Part shown: positions 55,855 through 64,000 of the stretch, in pieces
Layout: each line of letters starts with the position of its first letter
How positions within the stretch are numbered: the first letter of the stretch is position 1
Source: Amphiscolops sp. MND2022
Taxonomy: Eukaryota
Length of the DNA: 64,000 nucleotides
Assembly (NCBI GenBank): GCA_964187785.1
Contig: OZ076413.1
Location: 43,712,001 to 43,776,000, forward strand
Direction: 5' to 3'
The notes under the pieces: model-generated
Told to the model about the DNA's origin: nothing
The model's input: the letters and a program-made list of their open reading frames with translations, nothing else
Databases searched by the model: none
Program-made: the position numbers and the translations under genes

Positions 55855-58418
55855 TTTCGTTGATTTGGGTATTTTTGATGTTTTCATCGAGAGAGAAACT
55901 TTTTTCTTCTGATATTTTTGTCACTGTGAAATTTATGAAAATTTTTTGAGCCATCCTGATCATTTTTAGGAGAATTTGAGCTTTTCGATCTTTAGGCGTG
56001 GCGCTGACTTTCGATGTTACTGCCTTGTTTCTGGTTTAGGTCAATACTGTGCACTGCAAACTTTTGCATAAGGTTTTCAAAAATAGTTGGCATTGAATAT
56101 TGATAGCACAGCCTGACATTCAATGAAAAGTTGGGTAATCTGGATTTTTGAAATCGATTTGTATATTTCTTCTTCTTCGTGACGTTGTAAATAATGCAAT
56201 GACAATGTAAGGTTACTAATAGAACAGGATTTCGAGGGAAAATCTTTGAGACGCGTCATTAAACTTGAACATTTGGGCCCAATTAATGGCTTTGCAGACA
56301 CATTTTGGTCTTGGCATTTCCTATTTCCTGTCAGTTGGAGTAAGTTGACAACATTGCGGAGCTAATGAGCTTTCATTATTTTTCCTCTACTTTCTTGCTA
56401 CTGGGTTAGTACGTTGTGGGCAATGAATTCCGTTCCAGAATTCCCATCAAATGGTTAATCCTGCGGGAAAGATTATTCCACGGTTATCATCAAAATGTAG
56501 CTGTGGGGATATCTGGGATATTGGTTTTCTGTGCGGGAAGTCAATTTCTAATTAGTTGGCAGGCTTCTTATTATAAATTAATCCCTTTCTAATATGGCGA
56601 AACGCGACCATGACAATTGAGCTATTTTCCAATTGGTAACATAATCACATCCCAAATTAAAAGAGGCTTCTAAGATTTCCTAGCAAACCTGAGCAAGCGG
56701 AAATTGGATGTTAGCGTGGTGAGGACACAGCTCCGCTTCATTGCAACTTTTGAACGCACAAGACGTCGTCCTTCCCACATAAGCCCTGACCATATTTCTT
56801 TTCTCCATCGCAAGTTGCACCACGCAATACAATTTGGATAATTACTAGTTGCAGATTATACTGTCATGTCACTTTCTTGCCTGTCAACCGCACAAATCTC
56901 CCCAAAAACAAACCCCTTCCAAGACAACCCCCTCCCCGTCTCGACCCCCCCCCCCACGCGGTACCTCTCGCTGCTCGCTAACTTGTCTTCCCTTCACCAT
57001 TCTAGCACTTTTTTGCCATAGTTTTCCTTCCTCTTGCTTTTCCCTCTTTTTTCACGGCCCAATAGCCTCGAAATGGAAGAAAAGAATAAAACTTACCCCT
57101 CTGGTCACAACATGACGTCATATTTCAAAAAATGTTGCTATAACCCCGGCTGTGACGCCACAGAAACTGAATAATAGTTTTGACTCATCATCTGTCAATT
57201 TTGGTCCTAATTATTGATTCCTTGAAGAAGAGGCTGATGATATTTGAAGTAAATAATGGAAATTCTAAGTAGGAAAGAATCATTTTAAATTTTATGGTGT
57301 TTGTCAATATAATTTTAGTGTGTTCGAGTATAAAATCTCACACATGTTTCCCCGATAGCTACAAAGATTGAGTTTACACCTTGGATCAGGAAATGCGCTT
57401 ACCAAGAACCTTATGAGACTCCTTTGAAGCAAAAAATGGCTCGTTTTTCCTATACCCCCTCTCCAACATGCTGAGAAAAACTAAGTTTCAACTTAATGAA
57501 TTCCTCTAAAATCACTTTTTTCAATTTTCCTTGAACATTCATTTTTACTCTATTCTGATGATTACACATGAATGCATATGATCAGTTACAAATTTATGCG
57601 AAATCTGCCATTTTTACATGATTTTTTGCGGGTGGGTGAAAAAGGAAAAAGTTCCCAAGAATTAAAATATGAGTCCATTTCCTCTTCAAAATGGGAATAC
57701 TTTACGTTGAGCAAATCCAAAATTTCCCATGTTTGTGCTGTAAATTGTGATTTTGCGGGTATCAGTTCAACTTACAATCGGTCATTCAGCTCTTGCTTAG
57801 CTTGCTGAAGAATGCATGCATTTTGCACTAATGTTCACAAGTGCAGCAGTGATGTTGCAATTCGAAAGGGTTGAAGCACTGTTTTAAAGTCATTGTAGTT
57901 TAATTTATAGCTCGTTCCAAAGTTGTTAGTTAACTGGGTCGTGCTCCGAATTAAATTAATTTCATCTGCTCTCTGTGTTTGTCAATCTTGTGTACGGAAG
58001 AGGCCATATATCACACGTGAAAAAATACAATGCCCTCAAGACACCACCTGAACAAAAATCTAGCCAAAATTTTACCACGTTCCATAAAATTTTTAATCAG
58101 ATTTATATCCCTGCGGCTGTCACACACATACTGTCGCTAATACATATCGACTTACAATAATTTTCTTCCTTTCATAAAAACTGAAAGTTTCACTCGAGAA
58201 CAAATTGCTTGATTTTTCGACGTCTAGAAATCAACTCCAGAAGCAAGAAAATATCCAATATTTAATTTTAAAAAATCAAAAATACCCAAAATTTTTATAA
58301 TTTAGGTTGATTTTTTGATATCTTCGATGAAAATAAAAAACATAATCGAAATCCAACATAAATTTCAGCTTCATTTAGCACTATTAGGCAAAACAAAAGT
58401 GTTGCATTTTTCTGTTGC

Positions 58419-58870
58419 TCATTCAGTTGTGGTTCTCGTAGTAATCCCACCAACCTTAAGAGGAAAAAGTCGCTCTAAAGATGCAGTAGAAGGACTGCAA
58501 CTCAGAACACAGTGTATTATTTCTTTGAGATCGACATCAATATCCACAATGTTACAGGAAGATCGAACATCAGCAGTTTTGTCAGTAACCAATCCAACCA
58601 CTTTGGAGACAAATTTTGAAACATCTTTATCAATAGCTTTCTGTGCAATTGTATGTAAAAGTTCAGCTGTGTGCGCTTCAATCAGAAATGTATCAACTTT
58701 TTATGGTTTTGCAGCAACACATACACCAAGTTTGTTGTGAATATGAGACTCATGGTAACTTGTTCGTTCACTGGAAGCTTACGAGCCTTTTCATGGCATT
58801 TTGCATGCACCTCACCAAGCATTGGACCTGCCAGCTTTGTTCAAACTGGTGGAACATAACGAGTTCGTAA
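58419..58870 (-). pseudogene. Degenerate, internally deleted hAT-like transposase remnant
   Basis: HTAELL...VVGLVTDKTA (HT.E..VTDNA-like) lies about 30 codons before SPSTASLERLF (hAT dimerisation motif). Confidence 0.5.
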
Positions 58871-59494
58871 AAGACACAACAACTTGAGGGCTCTTTTCTG
58901 TTTCCTTTAAAGAAGATTTTACTTTTTATCAAGCTAGTGTAAAGTTTTTAATGAAATTTACTTTCAAAAAAATTTGGTGGTAGGGGGGAAAACAGAAGCA
59001 GCCAACTTGAGTAAACTGGGGAGCTCCACTCCATGAAATGGAGTTCTTGTTGCGCAGTATACAGCAGCGGCTATATTGATCGGTTGCATTTCTGTTAGTT
59101 TGATAGTGCACACAAACTTTGTTAACGTGTTAATCCTTCATTGGTTGAGGGATACCATGCATGCCAGCTATACATACCTTGCATGTTGTCCATCATCCAG
59201 TCTCATCATCTTTTTTACAGTCCCAAACTTCGGTGGTTTCTTTACCAGGAAACATCAATAACTAAAAACACAAGAGCTGGAATAAAAACATCAGGCATCA
59301 TATTAGTTGAATACATATCGGATTCATATAATGATACACATCGACGATAAATATTGATGAACACGATCGATCATCACTGTCCACAAGTCTTTTTAGTCAG
59401 CGCATTTTAACAAAAAGAGCGCGACTGTTACAGTGGCAAGTTTTTTTTCCTTTTTTCAGTCAGACAACAGAATGTATGAGTAGTGGACACTTGA

Positions 59495-59575
59495 GTTCAC
59501 TGGCCGGTTCGGAGTTCAGTAGTTTCTGTAATAATTATTACAGAAACTACTGAACTACTGGACCGGCCAGTGAAC
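59495..59575. repeat. 81-bp palindrome
   Basis: GTTCACTGGCCGGT..AGTTCAGTAGTTTCTGTAATAATTATTACAGAAACTACTGAACT..ACCGGCCAGTGAAC. Confidence 0.85.
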
Positions 59576-60829
59576 GCATCTAAGTTGTTAGTGCAAAGGG
59601 TCTACCCTTTCACTTATTCCATTTTAACGTAACATATAAAACCAGAGTAAAGGGTCCCCTTTCAATTTTTTCGGCACTGAGAGACCTTTTTTTGAAAATT
59701 TATTGTCATCTCAAATGATTCCCACCTTCATTTTTTTGCATATGCAACAAACTGAATCCACCCTGTTACATTTTTCAGCACTTGGAGACTTTTTCAAAAT
59801 TCTCAATTTTTAAAATCTGAAATGGGGTTTTCTCATAATTTATCCATCAATGTTTTTCAAAATACTATCCGAACTTATTTCCGACGTAAGTTGAGTTCCA
59901 CTAACGAGGAAGTGGAGGTTCGAAATTATTGCGCTATTTCCGAATTTTGAAGTTATATCCGAAGTAAATTGCGTTTCACTAAGGAGAAAGCCGATGTTCA
60001 AAAAAGCGCTCCATATGGCCCAGCACGCTATAACCGAACTTTTGAACCATTTTCCGAGCACGAAAGTTACCCTTTGGGTGTTTTGACACTTTTTTGTGAG
60101 TATTTCATATAGAAAAGTCCTGAGCATATTTTTAAATTTTTGGGTTTTTTCGAGCCTTAAGTATAGCGCCGACTTGAGGCGTTACGGTCTTTTTATTGCT
60201 CAGCCTATAATACTTTTCTCTGTCACGGAGCTGGTTCTGTCGAAGTTCACTCAAATTTCTTTTGCAAGATTTTCAGCGAACCTCGATTTTGAAAAAGTAA
60301 TCTAGCCATAATTCATAATGTGTCATGCTACCACAAGCTACTAATTCCATTGAAATTGATATGAGTGATTCTAATTCATAAGAGATTACTTTTTCCATTA
60401 TCGCAATTTGCCGAAAATCTTGAAAACAATTTTTTTCATTTCAAGATTCTGTCTAAGCACTCCCGATGAAATTGTGGGCTCTTTTCTGTTCCCCCCCCCA
60501 CCACCAAAATTTTTGAAAAAAACTTTCCTTGAAAGCTTCAGACTAGCATAATTAAAAGTAAAACCTTCTTTCATAACAGGAAGTTAACTTCTATTAAAGT
60601 AGTTTTCCGCTTGAACAAAACATTTTTGACACATTTTGAATATAATTATGTTCGCATTAGTGTTTATTGATAACTCAAAACAGGAAGCTCTTGATTTTTT
60701 CATCAAAAAAGCGTGACTGCATACGGAAAAAGAGTGACCAACGTCTGTATTTGAATCCTAAACGATCACCCTGAGAATAAAGTTAAAACTGAAGCTTTCT
60801 GGTTTGTATTCAAGTCTATTTGTTACAAG

Positions 60830-61299
60830 GGTATCAGGTCAAAATCTCCCCTAGTTAAAATCTCCTAAGTTAAAATCTCCTAAGTTAAAATCTCCTAAGT
60901 TAAAATCTCCTAGACCTAAATCTCCTAGGCTAAAATCTCCTAGACCTAAATCTCCTAGGTCTTAATCTTCTAAATTGAATTTCATAGTGTGAAAGTAACT
61001 TTGATTAAGCATTAAAAGCTGAGACAGTCATTGAAAGATTATTACATAATTGACTAATGAGTGAAGGTTTGCAATTAAGTTTGAAAATGGTTGAAAATTG
61101 AGGTTAGCCTTTGTTCCTAAGCGAACAGCTTTCCGCTTCAATTAAGTTGGCGAGTTGTTTTTCGATGAGTTTCTTTTATTCTAATTTTAGGAGATTTTGA
61201 CCTAGGAGATTTAGGTCTAGGAGATTTTAACTTGGGAGATTTTAACCTAGGAGATTTTAACTTAGGAGATTTTGACTTAGGAGATTTTGACCTGTAACC
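60830..61299. mobile_element. Foldback-type MITE with modular TIRs of 15-bp repeats and 8-bp TSD GTTACAAG
   Basis: TSD at 60822-60829 and 61300-61307; GG...CC termini; AAAATCTCCTA repeats on the left, inverted on the right. Confidence 0.88.
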
Positions 61300-63075
61300 G
61301 TTACAAGACTTTCACTAATTTCCAAAAAAATTTGGTGGTGGAGGGGGGATCTGTCGACAGAAAATGGTCATTGTGACATGTTCGACACAATGTCAAGATC
61401 TTGGATTTTATCTGGAGTATTTTGACGTAATCTTGAAACAAAAGCCAGGGACGCTAAAATCTAATATCTCGACTATCTTGGAAATTCTATTTTTATATAT
61501 ACAGTTTTTGTTTTTTTTACATTTTTCCGTCATGTTTCATACATTTTATTTTGACTTGAAAATTGCATTAAAATTAATCTATGAAACTTCGTAAAGCAAT
61601 TATTTGAGTCACTTTTAATGATGTACATAAGCCACGTCAGGTTCGTTGATGACGTCACAAAAATTCACGTCACATAAAATTAACTGCTAATTTATCATTA
61701 ATTCCCCCTCATTAATTTGATGATGAAAAGTATGAAAAAAGGAAAGTTCCAACGTTTCTCTAACTGCAATTTAAAAAGATCCAACGCAAACATTGTAATT
61801 GCAAACATGAACATGTCTTTAGAAAGAAAGTTCTTATAAAAGAAGAAAAAATATGAATCAATCCATGAGCTAAAGCTTTTAGACAATTATTTTTTGAAGA
61901 AAAAAGGAAGGATTTTCCTGAGCGGATTGTACCAACACAAGAAAAGATCAGACGAGATTCCGTTTTTGTTAACATTTGTAATTTCAGACCATCCGAATGG
62001 CGCTTTGATTGTATATGTTCATTGACAGAGGCTCCTGTAATAATTTAAAAACATGTCACTTCAGTTTTTGGTCATTTGATTTTGTACTAACAAATCAAAA
62101 CTGTTTGCTGTAAAAACTTGCTTCATAAAACACTGACTTTTCGCTTTTATGCAAAAAATGCACGGTTTTTTGTTGAAGAAAATTTTGAATAAAGGGATAA
62201 ATTAAATCTGCTTTCTTTCGCAACATGAAACAACAAAACGAGATCAAAAAGCAAAGAAGCTGAAACAGCGGTAGGCGTGGCTTGGGATGTCACTCAATAA
62301 ACAATTCTGCCATATTAGGAAATGCTTTTATGCCAAACAACTCCTACATTCCCTCCCTTAGGAAACTGTTCACGCTCTTCAGGTGGAGTCAATGGTACAA
62401 CTGATTCTTAAATTCTCTTCATCCTTGGGGTTTTTCCAATATCAAAAACAAGTTGACTACTTTAGTGTAACTTCGAAATTCCGTTATCAGAATTAAAACC
62501 TCTTTAAAAATGATCAAGAAAAGTGTTAACCATTCAAAGACTAGTTCGGACAGCTTCCTTTCCATCAAAGATGCAATGAGACATCTTTGTTTTAATACTT
62601 CAAGTGTAGATTTGAAAAAAGTTGGCAGCTTCTTCAATTTTTTGGGAGTGGCTTGAATGATTGACATTGCCAACATACTTTTCTGAACAGGATCAAAAAA
62701 TTTTATTGCAAGGCCTCCAAGCCATTTTCAAGTAGAAGTATCTTTGTGATGAGACACAAATATATCTCATAAAACTCTGACAAACTGCAATATCTTCAAA
62801 CCAATTGTTTTGAAGGACACGCTTCGTAGATCGCCAACCTTTTTTTTGGCATAGCAAGAGTTTGTGGCCTTCAATAGAAGTGCTCTTAGAAAGAAAAAGA
62901 AAGAAAGAAACAAGGTTTTTCCGTGGGGTCGACGCCAAATATGCTTATCTGCTCTCCTGATTTGGGATACTGTATAAAAATAATGGTCTTGTCATTTGGC
63001 ATCTAAGGCCTAGGGATTAGTTACTAGCTCTTAGCATTGTCAAGGCGTTTGGCCCCTTTCTGACTTATAATTTTG

Positions 63076-63400
63076 AGCTTGGTGCAGTAGTTAGAGAATT
63101 CGGGCCGTACTGGGGCGGTAACAGATTCGAATCTCTCTCAACTCATCATTGTTAGGCCTTAAGCAAGTCCTTCATCTCTAGTTTAGTGGTATGGTCAATG
63201 ACAAAAAATAACGCACTTGACGGAGAAAAGCAATAACAAAAACCAACGATGAGCATTCGGACTTTTGTGACCTTGAGCAGGTCACTTTGAAACCACACAC
63301 TTCCACCATTGCTTCACCACTTGGCTGCAAATATGGTACCATACCTTGCTATGAGGAGTTTGGTACCATAGATTGTATTGGGGAGATAGTTTCCGAAAGG
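63076..63400 (+). mobile_element. tRNA-derived SINE-like fragments
   Basis: A-box-like TGGTGCAGTAGTTAG, B-box-like GATTCGAATCT, and two GTGACCTTGAGCAGGTCACTT-like core motifs. Confidence 0.45.
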
Positions 63401-64000
63401 CCGTCGACTTAGAAAAGCAGAACTGCTTATTCGGCATCCACCCCGCGGAACTTGGGAAATGAACTTGTAGTATTTCACTAAGAGCTGGAACGTCGAAAAG
63501 GAATTACTCTCAGAATGGTTCAGTAAAGCCTATTCCAACCATCAGGTTTCACAACAAAAATCGAACGCTCATCCGTTTTTCCGATTTTCTTTGTACCCAA
63601 AACAACAGTTTCAGAGAAAATCACTTGAAACCATGTCAGTCGCGCCAGGAAGCGGGACACTGGATGTTAGAAGTCGCACTAGACTAAGAAGCATGTTAGA
63701 AGCCGTAGACTAATCCGCACTTGAAAATTTCTCAGAAGAAATATAAAGAGACCTTCAAAGTTCCTGTCGCAGGCTGCCGCCTGTGATGGGATCAGGTATA
63801 CGACCTCAGCAGACAATCTGGAGATGGCACCTGGAACCCCCCCCAAATTTATTAAACTGAAATTTTTCTCATTTAGAATTAAAATGTTTGATTTATTATC
63901 ACACAAGCTGTTATATTCACAGGTTGATAATAATGACGTTTAGAACATTAGACTGTTGACAATTTTTTGATGATTGATTTGGATGTGTTTATAATGCAAA

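Noticed and set aside
59640..60195. Helitron-like repeat ending in a GCGCC-GACTTGA-GGCGT hairpin (similar motif near 56000)
   Set aside because: Plausible dispersed repeat, but ends and class cannot be established from this window.
63076..63145. Functional tRNA gene
   Set aside because: A and B boxes are present but there is no convincing cloverleaf; SINE-like downstream sequence follows.

Overview
Repeat-rich eukaryotic (animal-like) genomic DNA with no recognisable host gene, dominated by Ty3/Gypsy LTR retrotransposons. Element A (+, 5' end upstream of the window, 3' LTR 34443-35172) is a frameshifted Gypsy. Its Pol ends in an AT-hook, a Cys cluster and two divergent macrodomain-like repeats, and it has a long extra ORF with an SGNH-like region. 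Inserted in A's pol (AGTC target-site duplication) is element B (7751-27521, 19.8 kb, 2.2-kb LTRs about 99% identical), the most unusual object here, organised like a complex retrovirus. B has gag, a TTTAAAC -1 frameshift signal, a pol with a TARG1/OARD1-like macrodomain between protease and RT, an intron-containing antisense gene, several hairpin repeat sets (some with compensatory changes), orphan ORFs preceded by splice acceptors, a chuvirus-like envelope glycoprotein and a captured coiled-coil+MATH (TRAF-C) gene. Element C (-, 40767-55854, near-identical 722-bp LTRs) carries an uninterrupted 3091-aa Gag-Pol related to A. The rest is MITEs, palindromes, a hAT remnant and a SINE-like repeat. 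All protein-family calls are by-eye motif recognition and need HMM or structure confirmation.
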